The notes beneath the pieces are model-generated. The model searched no databases. It was not told the origin of the DNA and worked only from the letters and a program-made list of their open reading frames with translations. DNA of 64,000 nt, taken from positions 620,001 through 684,000 of the forward strand of contig NEEC01000010.1 of the NCBI GenBank assembly GCA_002189035.1. The letters are read 5' to 3'. This document shows, piece by piece, positions 1-12,930 of the stretch; the first letter of the stretch is position 1, and the number at the start of each line of letters is the position of its first letter. Both the position numbers and the translations under genes were made by a program. This stretch comes from Utricularia gibba (taxonomy: Eukaryota; Plantae; Magnoliophyta).

Positions 1-169
1 ACAAGGAAGAGATTTTAGATTTTTCTATCACTCAATAAATGGACAACAATAATGTTATCAAGATGTGTTTAGAGTTCGAAGCAACTAAAAATGAAATTGT
101 GCAACTGAGAGATACTATCTACCAATATGAAACAAGATATCTTATGCTCATTCCTCAAGATGTTGATAC

Positions 170-790
170 ATCGAAACCTATGAAATTGATCATTCTTGAT
201 ATTAATGGTCTACTTGATGATGTGGTGTTCATGGACAAATGGTGAGTGATTGGAAGACAAGATTGCATCATTGAACATCGAGCAATTAGCATAATACATT
301 TTACATCTCTAACTGTATGTGTAATAATGATGTCTATTTTTCATTACAATTTATATCATATCAAATTATATCAAATTTCTAGATTGATAAATGGAAACAT
401 TCGATGTTGCATTTTGATCCTCATGAAAAAAAATAAGTTGAAACATTTATAACTTCATTTTCCTTGCTTCTATTATATTAAAACATTCGCCACTTTTTTT
501 TATGTAGTACACTTGTACGTAAAGTAATCAATTATATTATGGTGAGTTGCAGTTATTGAAAACTTGTATTTTGTTAAGGAATAAGTCAATGTAATGATAT
601 GGGAATATGTATTGACTGGAGCTTCAACACCATTAAATCTAAAGACTTGCGATGCATTTGGAATGATGCTATAACGTTCAAATATCATTGCAATACAATT
701 GATACATTGTTAATCGATGGCTCATTGGAGAAATCACTTCTAAATCAGGTAATACACTTTTTTTTTTATAGAACTAATATTAATTCATCT
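170..790 (+). pseudogene. Degenerate NLI-interacting-factor/FCP1-like (HAD) phosphatase-domain gene fragment
   Basis: KLIILDINGLL (HAD motif I-like) at ~180-215, then LVFC*GISQC, IKSKDLRCIWND and TLLIDGSLEKSLLN, resembling plant FCP1-homology proteins. Contains in-frame stops. Confidence 0.6.
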
Positions 791-984
791 ATGTTAACTT
801 ATTTTTATCATATTCAATAGGTGACCAATGTAATATTTTTCTTTTCTTACAAGATAATGCAATATTGAGTGATGAATACATTCGATTGTAGAATGTTATA
901 TGTAAATCTGTTGTGTTATGAATGTTTTATTCTCTAGACCAATTATTTTATATAAATAATCGTTTTAATCTATTATATGTAAAT

Positions 985-1008
985 TATATATATATATATA
1001 TATATATA
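985..1008. repeat. (TA)12 microsatellite
   Basis: Run of tatatata... read directly from the sequence. Confidence 0.95.
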
Positions 1009-1473
1009 ATTAATTATACAAATATTTATATATAATTTAAATGGAAGAATTTGTATTTATCTTTTGCGTTTGTAAATTATTTAAGTATTCAATATTATAA
1101 GTTATGTTTTATAGCATTTTGTATTTTAGTATGCAATTAAATACATAAATTAATAAAATTAGGTTGATTTTGAACATGATAATTTTAAAGAAATGCATCA
1201 CTGTAATTGTAGTCTTGGAGAAATACCGCATTTCTTTGAAGTTGTAATATTAAGGATGGTAAAATTGCAAACCATTTTGAAGGAATACGAGGTTTGTATT
1301 TTGGAATTTTTCACTCTTTATTTTTCTGGGCAACTAGCGGCATGGTGTCAGCGGTGGCTGACACAAGCACCCAAATGTTCACAAATAAGTACACTACACA
1401 GACGGCTGTAGGGTAGGCTGGTCAACGAGGCATTTGACCACACCCTTCCCTCGCTGTTTCGCCGGTTTACAGT

Positions 1474-3713
1474 TCACTGGCTGCTGCAGAAGTCCAAGAA
1501 TCCCATGAATTCGTGGTGGCTGATCATCACCACACTCCTCTCTATTCCAATCACACCTGAAACCAGTCCCAAGGCATGAATAATAACACACGTATGACTA
1601 ATCCGAGGATAGATACTGTTCTGCCTTCTTACCCATTGTCAAGGCGCTGGCGAAGATCACTCCGGCCAGGATGAACACGATGACGGAGGCTCTCTTCAGG
1701 ACTGCCACCATCTTCCTTACCAAGCACTGCCCCCAGAATCCAGCTAACATTGAAACGCCCATCATGTACAGGGCTGCATGCATGCATCATCCGGGATTAG
1801 ACTTCTTCTACTCATCAATACCATTTCCTCCTCATAACAAAACACGTACCAAAGTGGATTGGAAACCTCTTGAGCAGATAAAACTCCACCACGGATAAAG
1901 ATGACGAGAACATCATCACAAAGGTCGCTGTTGCACTAGCCACCTGATGATACCGACACAAACTTTAGTGAAAGGCTTCTTTTTTATTTGTAATGGGAAG
2001 CAAGAGTACCTGAGGGATTACTCCAATCTCGAGCAAGAGGGGCCGAGGATGAAACCTCCACCGGACCCGAGTAAACCTCCTACTGTGCCTCCTATGATGC
2101 CACAAAGGGCACAGAATGTGAGATTCGCTAAGCTCCAGTCTATGGCCGCCTCACATATCTGTTCTTGGTTCCCAGCCATCCTTACTCTCTTGCTTTCTTT
2201 GTAAAGTTTGATGAATTCATAAAAGAACAGAACCAGTGCCACAGGGAACTGAAACACATATCAAACACAACCAGTTATTACAACTACAACTCAATCAGAC
2301 GATTCAGCACAAGTTGGGAAACTTCACCTGTGACAAAGTGAGGACCCAATACGATGTACTGCAACTTTTTGTTTCATTCTATACGCATATTAAGAGGAAA
2401 ACCAGTCAACTACTATAGACAAATGTTGACGGAGAGAGAGGTACTTGCCTTGACAACTTGAAGAAGCAAAAAGCAAACCCACACAAGGAGAAGCACCAAG
2501 CACCTCTTGATATCAAGGTTACACTTGATACTTTGCTGGAATTCCGGAAAAACGGTTAATGGACCCAAGATCACTACAGACGAAGTTCGTCAAATAAAAA
2601 GTATCCTCACCCATGGTGTTTTCTCTTCATTTGAACACAAAGGCTTGTATTCAGTGTCAATGGCCACTGCAACATACAAATGAAAGCTAACACATCACAA
2701 TTTGTTTTGAGTTTGGAAAAGCAGCTGAAACGTTATGCTCACTTACATTCTCCTTTAGAGTTTGCATACGCTAGTTTCTCTTCTGCGGCTTTCTGAAACC
2801 ATTGAAGCACGGAATTGGGAAATTGTGAACAGTGACTAATATTTGACATCAAACAGAGGAATCCATTCTCACCTTCAAAAGTGTTTCTTCCTTCCACATG
2901 TCAATGGCCTTTACCAGGGATCTGGATGAAGTCCCTGTCGCCACAACAGAGACACAATTAACGTCAGCTTATTTCTCAGACTGAATTAAGGTGTCGAAAG
3001 TTAAATAATTGATACCCATGAACAGGATTATGATGAAGACAGTGATGAGCCAATAAGGGAAGATAACACTCAAGGCAACGCCAAGAGTGATACCGAGCAT
3101 GAGCATCGGCTGAAAAAGAAGTGCCAAATTGTAGTCAATAATGGGAGCATCCCTACAAGGATGGGGCACTCTCAAATTGTACCAAAATGAGGATGCAGAT
3201 GCACTCATTATCATACCTGCAAACAGGGAGGAACATGATTATGTATTTTCGAATAATATTTTCAAAAAGTTATGATCTTACACTTGGAAATGGCCGCGGC
3301 AGACTTGGCATCGAATCCCACAATTAAATTTAGCATTGGAACAAAAAGCCCACCACCACCAACTCCACCCACAGTTCCACATGCCGAACCAAGAAATCCA
3401 ATCAAACTCGCCAGAGCGATTCTCCAACTAAACTCCAATTCCTGAAAAAAAAAAATCACCCAAAAAAGAACATACTTCAGCCAGACAACAGCGCCACCTC
3501 ACGAGAGTGAGAGAGGAAGGTGACGGCGATGCTTACGGGCCAAACTTTTGGCTCAGATCCAAAATTGTAGTTCAAAACCGTGGAATTCGGGAACAGACGC
3601 AACCATGGTTGTGTATGATGAGTCCCCTTCGAGAAATCATCGACGAAATACGCTGATAAAACCGCCAAGGAGAAAGCTGTGAGCAGATATACCACCAACT
3701 TTGCTACTGCCAT
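1474..3713 (-). CDS. Sulfite exporter TauE/SafE family membrane protein (multi-exon)
   Basis: ATG 3713 ([11 protein letters not shown]...). Exon 1 3537-3713, exon 2 3282-3441 with [16 protein letters not shown]. Later exons carry [18 protein letters not shown] and [14 protein letters not shown]. Last exon [30 protein letters not shown] at 1474-1476. The introns I checked are GT-AG. Confidence 0.93.
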
Positions 3714-3860
3714 CCGATAGGAAGCGACGAACAAAAAAGAAGGGTCCTTGGGGTTAAGAAGCACCACAAATGCGCTGCAGGAGCACAAAAACGCAGAGGG
3801 AGAGGCGGAGCGAAATGCAGTTGGGTTGGATTCACAGCGCCACTAGAATCGGGGTTAAGT

Positions 3861-3977
3861 TATTTATAGATGATATTGTTGTTCCCATTCAAAAACAATG
3901 AAAGGAATCTTTTTACCGGGATGTTAAGAGTAACAGCCTGCGAATGCCAGTCCAAGGCCAAGCTGTCCGCACGTGGC
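3861..3977 (-). promoter_or_regulatory. TATA box (3861-3868) and G-box/ABRE CACGTGGC (3970-3977) upstream of the TauE gene
   Basis: Minus-strand TATAAATA ~150 bp above the ATG; CACGTG palindrome ~260 bp above it. Confidence 0.55.
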
Positions 3978-4949
3978 ACAAACGCATATTACAAACTTTC
4001 AAATTTTACAATCTGGAAGATTAATTGCAGGTGCATAAGAAGTTAAAGTTGAATTAACTAATAATGAATACTAAACTAAAGCTGGCGCAGTGGCTACCGC
4101 TACCGGTACTGATTGGCTGGCTGATGCCTAACGGAATGGCATTTGGCAATGCACCGTACTGCCAAATAATCCCCTCAGAAGAAAGAAGGGAGTCGGAGTC
4201 GGAGTCGGATTCGGATCGGTTAAATAAAGACAGAAATACGTCCAGCGCATTATACCTTGTAGGTTTATAGAAATCAATCCCCAAAATATTCGAAATATAA
4301 AAAAAGTACAGGAATATCCATGTGGTGTGATAAACTTGAAGAGAAGGCCAATTCGCATACGTCGCTTCCAGCGGACAGATTTGAACGGAGGCCCATCCAA
4401 TGCTTCGCCCCCGCCGCCGCTGCTGGTTAGCCCGTCCACATCAATTGTCCCTTTTCTTATGCATAATCATGAAGATGAGCAATACCTCTTTTTCGCAAAA
4501 TGCTAGTTTTTTATTATCTTAATTATTCACCTTATTCACCATTTATTTTCATTCAAACTTGTTCTCCCTCTTAACCCATGCTTTTCGATGTTATTAATAT
4601 CCATACCAAATTAAAGTCATAAAATTGAGATAAATGAAGAAGACGAAAGCAAAAATTGGGAGAGAAGAAGAGTAAATCGATTTTTTTAAATTCGTTTAAA
4701 AAAATTAAAGGATTTTGTGGCCAATTTTGGAGTTTGTGGATATGGTAGACATAGTGAAGGATTTTGACACTAAAGTAGCCAACTGCATTATTATTATAAA
4801 ACAAATACTTATCCAATTTTAGTATCAGGCTATTGGGCTTTTTTGGACCGAGCCCAATTAATTTTAACGGCCTTAGGCTTAGGGTCGAAAAGCCCTAAAA
4901 TTATCAGGCCTTTAATGTATAGCCCAAGTTGGTAATTTTATAATTGTAT

Positions 4950-5380
4950 GAAAACCATTGAAATAATAAAAACTATATATATTTAAAAAAATTGGATAAT
5001 TTTAGATTTTTAAAATAAATGATACTAAAAAAAATAGAAAAAACAATGAAAATATTAGTTTTGAATCAAAATTCCACTAATACACAAGTTTATCACCATA
5101 CTTATGTAAGTTAATGTCAAGAATTGATTTGCTTGCATAATTTCTAAGCATGTTGGTATAAAGTAATGTTACTCAATAAATATTATATCATCTATCATTT
5201 AATTGAAATATAAAATTAATTATGTCATCAGACATATTTTAATTCATATGATAATCCATATTATTACTACATTTGATTTTAACTCCTTATAGTTCACACT
5301 CTTGTATATAGGTTAAGCCAAATGTGCTTCAATAATGATATGCAGTTGAGCCCTTATCTCAGATACTTTAGACAAATCTT
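4950..5380 (-). mobile_element. Remnant 3' end (3' non-coding region, PPT, LTR start) of an Athila-like element, minus strand
   Basis: Minus strand reads AAGTATGG|TGATAAACTTGTGTATTAGTGGAATTTT at 5095. A similar LTR start is on + at ~27585. 5130-5380 matches the dispersed repeat at ~16430, ~26760 and ~54200. Boundaries approximate. Confidence 0.45.
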
Positions 5381-5399
5381 ATATTATCCCATATGCTCT

Positions 5400-5904
5400 T
5401 AAGATTTAGTGATAATCAAGAACACATTGGCAAGAATGATATTATGTAAAAATAAAATAACCCTACACTACATCGCAAGATGTTCCATTAAACACAGCTC
5501 TATCCAACTCAACAAAACATACTTCTCTTGGTTATTCAAGGCCTTTAGGATCAAATCTCTACCATTTCTAACAAACTTGACTCTACCCTCTCCATCGCCT
5601 CACATTCTGACCCATTCCATGACGTAAGTATCCTCTACTACACTTGAAGATGAGGACATCTCCAAAGTTAAGTATGGGTGATGAGTTTATACATTTATGC
5701 TCTTTTTAGTAATACTTTTTATTTTATTATGGTCATGCATTAGGACTTTTGTAGTAATTTTTGTCTATTTGCTTTTTTTATATTTCATTTGTAAAACCAT
5801 CCCCATTATATTTAACATGAGGCAAAGAGAGGCAAAAATAATAATGAGAATAGAGGTAAGGAAAGCCAAAGAAGAATATACACACCTTGCAATAGGTATT
5901 AAAA
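5400..5904 (+). mobile_element. Older Athila-like 3' end (gtaagt...gaggac...ttaagtatggg, then TGATGAG LTR start at 5679), interrupted by the younger element
   Basis: Motif order resembles 13175-13230 and 14420-14450 of the main element. Possible remainder at 14989-15121 ending TTTTATCA. Confidence 0.4.
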
Positions 5905-7035
5905 AGATAAGTGATTTTCTGTCACTTATATTTGTGCTTTTTAGGATTTACTTAAATGGGTTTTGCATTCTTTTTATCCCACTTTCCTTATATTTTTAGA
6001 CGAATTTTATATCTTTCATACCACTAGGATTTTCGAGCTACTTTGATGGAGGAAAAGATTCAGTCTATCTGGATGAAGACTCGGTCAAAGATTCTCGGAT
6101 AAGATAAGATTCGCATCTTATCTTAGAAAATTTGGATCTTATCCTAGAAGATTTGTATCAAATCTTCGAAGATCCAGATAGAAGATTTTATGTGAGCCCG
6201 TCAAGAAAGCCCGACAAGTCCCCACCATTATATACAGATCCAAACTCAAAGATCACAAGATGAGTCAAGGGGTGGACGACCAAAGAGTCAATTTAGGGTT
6301 TAGAGTTGAGTTTAGCATGTTTTTGATGTCTTCCCTTTCGTTTTTCATCAACTTTTGTTGTTTAGAGTCAAGCATGCACGTGTGAGCGCTTGCGGCTGAG
6401 GATCTGCTGTGAAGCCCTGCTTGCGCAAGTCCTGCGCGCGCGACTGTCTTACTATGTTTTTAAGCATTTAATTTGAGGTCTGATTCTGTTTTTCGCAACA
6501 TTTTCTTTACCAACGTGATCTTTAGTACCATATAGCCCTAAGAAAGTGTGGAAGAATCAAAGGTTGGCCTCAAGCACCTAAGGAGAAGGGCTCAATCGGA
6601 CATTGTTGGTAAGGCACATTCTGTCTAATCTGTCTGCGAGGTGTGAGGTGTAGGGGTTAGATTTGGGTTTGGGGAAAAATGGGTTATCTCAAGAGATGAA
6701 ATGGCTCTGGTGGCTTGGTTGATTTTATAATCCCACGAAACAAGGGACGGTGCTATAATGGTCACCGAGTAGCACTATTTTAGCATAACACCCCCAAAGC
6801 TTCCACAAACAGGTCAATTCTCAAGGTTTGCACACATGCAAGGGCGAGTTTCAAGTAAGGTGGATCTTAGATCCAAGGCCACTTTTCTTATTGTTTTTAA
6901 AAACCAAATCTTTCTTTTGTTTTCAATCTTCTTAAAGTCTTTGTTTTGAAGAGAAAATTCTAATAACAATTCCCTGTAGATACGATCTTATTTTATTACT
7001 TTGATGGTTTCTGTACACTTGCAAAATTACCATCA
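5905..7035 (+). repeat. 5' LTR of the Athila element
   Basis: Begins aGATAAGTGA (3' LTR: TGATAACTGA), ends TACCATCA. Contains an 11-bp-stem hairpin TAAGATAAGAT-tcgc-ATCTTATCTTA at 6100-6125. Confidence 0.9.
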
Positions 7036-7041
7036 AGTTTT

Positions 7042-7059
7042 TGGCGCCGTTTTCGGGGA
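7042..7059 (+). other. Primer binding site (tRNA-Asp type)
   Basis: TGGCGCCGTTTTCGGGGA 6 nt after the LTR; two mismatches to the Athila-type consensus TGGCGCCGTTGCCGGGGA. Confidence 0.85.
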
Positions 7060-7179
7060 ATTGTATTCCTTTGGAATTTCTTTTCTGATTTTGTTTCTGA
7101 CTATTTCTTATTTTTCTGTTATTTTCGAGACATTCTATTTAGTGCACTTGCGCAAGCAATTGCTTTTAATTAGTGTTGC

Positions 7180-9916
7180 ATGTGCACGTACAGGGCTTCA
7201 ATCGAGCTGTACCCGCTGGACCTGGAAATTGACCAGACCTATCGGAGAATTAGGTCGGAAAATCGTCAAGCGCAAGCGCAACGCAGGGAAACCATGTCTA
7301 GAAGGTATTTTGGACATGAGGAGGACTATCTGGTGATGTCCGAACCAGATAGCGAACGAGCACGGACGCCAAGACACTAGCCAAACAGGGCAACTGGATC
7401 AGCCTTGCTGATAAATAAAAGAACAGGTATAGGCAGATCTGCTGCTGATCGTGCAGGGTCATATCGAAGGCATAGCGATGGATTTGATCAAGAGCTTGCA
7501 CAGGGACGCTTAGCAGCAAGATTGGGATCAAATCGAGGTGTGGAACCTCTCTGAGAAGGGCCCAAGGCACATTATCAGACCTAGGACGAACCAACAGGGC
7601 ACTGGAACGTGGTCTAGGAAGGCAAAGGCACGCAGGCGCAAATGAAAATTGTTTACAATCAACGTTTGCACAAGGATGGCAAGAAAACAGGGTTTTTGAA
7701 CCTCAACATCAGGACGAGCAGAACAGCAACCCACGAACTGCAAGGCGAGGAGTGAACTCTCCTCCAAGGTGGGAAGGAGAAGACCGTTGGGCTTACAATG
7801 GAGCAAACCAACGTGACAACCAAAGTCCTCATCACGAGCAAAGGTATGAATTTGTAGGAAATCCTGAAAGGGAAAATCATGGAAGACAAAGGCAGATGCT
7901 CAGGAGGAATGTGCGTGCTGAAGAAACATCTAGCGAAGAGGAAGGACCAGACCCAGCATGTAAGGAACCACCTGTGCAAGCGAGGAACCATCGCGCAGGA
8001 AGAGATAAGTATGTGCGCATGGAGCAGAATCCTAACAGATTTGTTGTTGATCCCTAGGATGAAATCCCTTTAGGTGATAACTTTCGACACACAAGGAAGC
8101 CTGGTCCCATTGTTGCACCAGCCATCAATGTGCGGAGATTCCAACTCCAACCCTCGCTGATCACCATGGTGCAACAAAGCCCATTTTGTGGAGAACCCGA
8201 TGAGGATCCCGAATAACACATTGCAATTTTTCTCAGGTATTGTGACATGGTGGCAGAGAGTCTCTGATGAAATCCCTTTAAACTCTCTGCCACCCAACCT
8301 TATTTACACTTGGAAAGAATAGGAGGATGCATTTTTGGACAAATATTTTGAACCCACGAAGTACTCTAACACCAGGTTTGAGATCATAAATTTTTCACAA
8401 GATGAAGGTCAAGGAATAGCAGCAGTTTGGGAGAAATTTAAGGAAATAACACGAGTCACGGATAAGCATGGACTCAGCCCCGCTGCTATGATCATGTGCT
8501 TTCATGATGGACTGACTGCGCAAGCAAAGGGACTGCTGAATGCAAGTGTTGGACCCCTGGACCAGGTAAGTCCTAGAAGGGCCTGGGAACTAATTGATGA
8601 GTTTGCAAAACGACAAGCACGATGGTCTCAACCAGCAAGGAATTCGAAAACTGGAGTTCGGGACAACCCATGTGACACTACCGTCTCAAAGATTTCTGAA
8701 ACATTGCAAAAATTAGACGATAAAATCAGCAAACTCCAGCCTGTCATTGCTCAAGTCCAAAAAGCCTCAGAGAAGACAGATAGTGAGGCAGAAGAAGAAG
8801 GTACGAATGTTAATTTTGGGAATTTTTAGGAAAAAACTTGCGCAAGGAGCTTCTATGCCTGCGCAAGGGAACATTTGGGGAAATCGGGGCAACACTTGGT
8901 AGAACTAGAATCAGAACCAACAGCAGCCTCAACGACCATTCTTGCGAGATACGCTCAATCAATTCATGGAGAAATAGGAAGGGCTGAACCAAGGAATGTT
9001 GGAGCAAATCAAACAAGTAAATGGACTGGTGGTTGAACAACTTAAGCAAATAAGAGGAGAAATTTTGGACCAAAAGACAAGGGTGAATGAGATGAATGAG
9101 TGTCTGGAGCAACTTGGGATAAGAACTCGCATCCTAGACAGTCGGATGAGTAATGTTGCTCAAACCCACAAGGCTTCGAGGCTCCCAAGTCAACCAGAGA
9201 AGAATCCTGCTGAATGTAAGGCTGTAGCAACGAGAAGTGGGATGCAGAGTGCAACAGCAGCAGCCCCTGCACAAGCAGACGAATTGCTGGATGTTCCAGT
9301 GTACGTGTCCCCACCTTCTTATAATCCTCCAATTCCTTATCCATAGAGACAGGCCAAATCATCAGTGGATCAACAATATTCCAAATTTCTGGAGATGTTG
9401 ATAACTCTTCATGTGAACATCTCATTCACTGATGTGATGTTGCAAATGTCCATTTATGCGAAATTCTTGAAGGATATTTTGGCCAATCAAAGGAAGATTG
9501 AGAATGATGGTGTTATTGAATTATCTAAGCAATGCAACAAGGTTCTTACATAGGGGCTGATTCAAAAGCATGCAGATCCTAGAATTTTTTCAGTCTCTTG
9601 TATCATTGGAAGAAGCAATTTTGAGAAGTGCTTATATGATCTTGGGTCAAGTATCAGCTTGATGCCTTATTCTTTATTCAAAGCACTGAATCTTGAGGAG
9701 CTAAGAACCAGGAAAATTCAGCTGGTATTTTCTGATAAATCCATGAAGAATCCTGAAGGAGTGGTAGAAAACGTGCCGGCAAAAATTGGAAAATATTTTG
9801 TTCCTTGTGATTTTGTTGTTTTGGATATGGCACTTGATGTGGAGGTGCCAATCATTTTCAAGAGACCCTTTATGGCAACCACAGGAACCTTAATTGATGT
9901 TAGAGCAAGGAATTGA
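7180..9916 (+). pseudogene. Athila gag and aspartic protease (disrupted)
   Basis: N-terminal LYPLDLEIDQTYRRIR; PAINVRRFQLQPSLITMVQ; Retrotrans_gag-like AVWEKFKE...FHDGLT; protease LYDLGSSISLMP and DFVVLDM. Several stops, frameshifts and small deletions. Confidence 0.85.
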
Positions 9917-12900
9917 CACTCAGATTTGGAGAAGAAGAACTGGAGTTCAATGTTGATCAGGCAATGAAGCGATTTGACTGCGACGAGCTTGCGCAAGGGG
10001 AAGCGGAAGATGCTGTTACGCAAGAACATGCACAAGCAGTTTTTCTGTGCGAAATTCAGGAAGTAAATCTTCTACAGGATGAAAAAGAAGACACTCCGGA
10101 TGACACACCAATGATGGCTCGGCTAACAAAGAAGGAACTTGATGCTGGAGAAAAAATTGAGTTGAAGAAGCTGCCACTATCAATGAGTTACGAATTTCTT
10201 GAGGATGATCACATTTACCCCGTGATTTTTAATGCAGAATTGAATGAATACCACACCCAAATGATGCTGGATGTCTTGCGCAAGCACAGACAAGCCATTG
10301 GGTACACCTTGGATGACTTGAAAGGGCTTGACCCTCAATTCTGCACCCATCGGATTTATTTGGAAGCTGAGGCAAGACCAATTGTGCAACCACAAAGGCG
10401 GGCGAATCCTATGCTAAAGGAGGTGATTAAAAACAAAATTTTGAAATTGTTAGATGCTGATATCAGCTACTCTATTTTAGACAGCCAATGGGTTAGCCCT
10501 ATGCATTGCGTACCAAAGAAAGGAGGCATGACAGTGATGCAAAACGAGAAGGGAGACCTCATTCCCTTGCGCAAGGTCACTAGCTGGAGGATGTGTAATG
10601 ATTTTCGAAAACTCAATGATGCCACCAGAAAGGATCATTATCCATTGCCATTTATTGATCAAATTTTGAAAAGGTTAAGTAACCAAGCTTTCTATTGTTA
10701 CCTGGTTGGTTATTTCGAATATTTTCATATTCCAATTCATCCGGAAGATCAACACAAGACCACATTTACTTGTCCTTTTGGCACCTTTGCATACAAGAGA
10801 ATGCCATTCGGTTTGTGCAATGCTCCTGGAATATTTCAGCGTTGCATGACAGCTATTTTTACAGAACACGTGGAGAAGATCATGGAGGTATTTATGGATG
10901 ATATATCTATTTATGTGACTGATTTCGATTCATGTTTGCAGAACTTAGGCATCATTTTGGAGAGGTGTATTGAGTGCAACCTGGTACTCAATTGGGAGAA
11001 GTGTCATTTTATGGTTGAAGAAGGCATTGTGCTTGGACATCACATTTCTTCCAAAGGCATTCAAGTGGATCCAGCAAAAATCGAGGTGTTTGAAAAATTA
11101 CCAGCACCAACTACGGTAAAAGGGATCAGAAGCTTCTGCAGGATTTTATAGGAGGTTTATTGCTAATTTTTCTCACATTTCTCGCCCACTAACAACGATG
11201 CTTGCGCAAGACGTGGATTTTTGTTTTGAACTGATGTAGAATGTGTGCACGCCTTCAACACGCTGAAGCAAGCTCTTATTACTGCACTCATTCTTCAACC
11301 ACCAGATTGGACCTTGCCATTTGAACTGATGTGTGATGCAAGTGATTGTGCTGTAGGAGCTGTTCTTGGACAGAAAAAAGACAAGGTAATTCATGTGATT
11401 TATTATGCCAGCAAAACTCTCAATGCAGCCCAAAGGAACTACACAACCATAGAAAAGGAGTTGCTGGCAATTGTTTTTGCCATTGAAAAATTCAGGTCCT
11501 ACTTGCTGGGTGCAAAGGTAATTGTTCATACGGATCACACTACCTTGAAATATCTTTTGAGCAAGCAGGAATCAAACCCCAGGTTGATAAGATGGATACT
11601 ACTTCTCCAAGAATTTGATCTGGAAATTCGTGACAAGAAGGGCAAGGAAAATGGAATAGCTGATCATTTGTCACGCTTACAGCTTGAAACAAGTGTGGGG
11701 GAGTTACCCATTGATGACTCTTTCCCCATAGAACGTATCCTTGCTGTTCAAGATGAAAATTTGCCATGGTATGCTGATTTTGTCAATTATCTTGTTGGAG
11801 GAGTCTTGCCCCAGAATCTAAACTACAACCAGCGGAAGCGCTTCCTTGCGCAAGCAAAGCATTATTTCTGGGAAGAACCTATGCTTTTCAAACGTTGTGC
11901 TGATGGAATTATCAGAAGATGCCTACCACCAGAGGAGGTAACAGACGTTATTTAGCACTATCATTCATCACCATATGGAGGGCATGCAGCAACATCAAAA
12001 ACACTCTTCAAAATTCTTCAATCTGGATTTTATTGGCCCACCATGAATCATGATATGAGGGCATTTGTTCAAGCATGCAAACCATGTCAGCATGCGGGTT
12101 CTATTTCCAGGAGAGATGAAAGACCCATGACATATATCCTGGAGGTAGAGATTTTCGATGTTTGGTGGCTGGATTTTATGGGACCCTTTCCATCTTCTTA
12201 TGGCAACACTCAAATTCTCGTGGCGGTGGATTATGTCTCAAAATAGGCAGAAGCTATTGCAGTTCCAGCAGCTGATGGAAGAGCCATAATTAAGCTCTTC
12301 AAACAGATCATTCTACCCCGGTTTGGAGCCCCAAGATACGTCATAAGTGATGGAGGAAAACAATTCATTGAAAGAGAATTCTGGAAGCTCTTGCGCAAGT
12401 ATGGAGTAGGACACAAGGTATCAACTCCATATCACCCACAAACCTGCAGACAAGTGAAGGTAACTAACAGGGAATTGAAGAGGATTCTGGAGCGTACGGT
12501 GGCCAAAACCCGCAAGGATTGGGCAACCGAATTGATAGATGCTCTATGGGCTTATCGCACAGCGTATAAGACTCCCTTAGGGACCTCCCCTTATCGTTTG
12601 GTGTATGGAAAAGCTTGTCACTTGCCTGTGGAATTAGAGCATTTGGATGCCAAAGCTGCTAGAGAGCAAATGATCTTGCAACTCCAAGAGCTGGATGAGC
12701 TAAGGAACAAACGAAGGCTTGACATGACAATTATTTGCGCAAGGACTTGGTAGAAAGTGACCCAATTTTGTTATTTAATTCTCGTTTTCGTTTATTTTTA
12801 GGAAAGCTTAAGTCTAGATGGCATGGACCATACACCATCAAGAAAATCTACCCCAGTGCAGTAGCTCTCATCACTCATACTGACCATGGAGAATTTACGG

Positions 12901-12930
12901 TAAATATTCAAAGATTGAAATAGTTTCATG
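9913..12930 (+). pseudogene. Athila pol: reverse transcriptase, RNase H, integrase (disrupted)
   Basis: WVSPMHCVPKKGG, FRKLNDATRKDHYPLPFIDQ, YKRMPFGLCNAP, FMDDISI (RT); [32 protein letters not shown] (RH); HSSPYGGH...[45 protein letters not shown] (INT). Confidence 0.95.

Noticed and set aside
4054-4439. Small ORFs (68-103 aa) upstream of TauE as a protein gene
   Set aside because: Three overlapping frames, none with a recognisable motif. The region is kept only as an unexplained GC-rich island.
5795-5808. ACCATCCCCATTA resembling the 3' LTR end and flank (ACCATCAATCCCCATTA at ~14982)
   Set aside because: It lies ~100 bp from the 5' LTR boundary, so it cannot be a TSD; probably chance.
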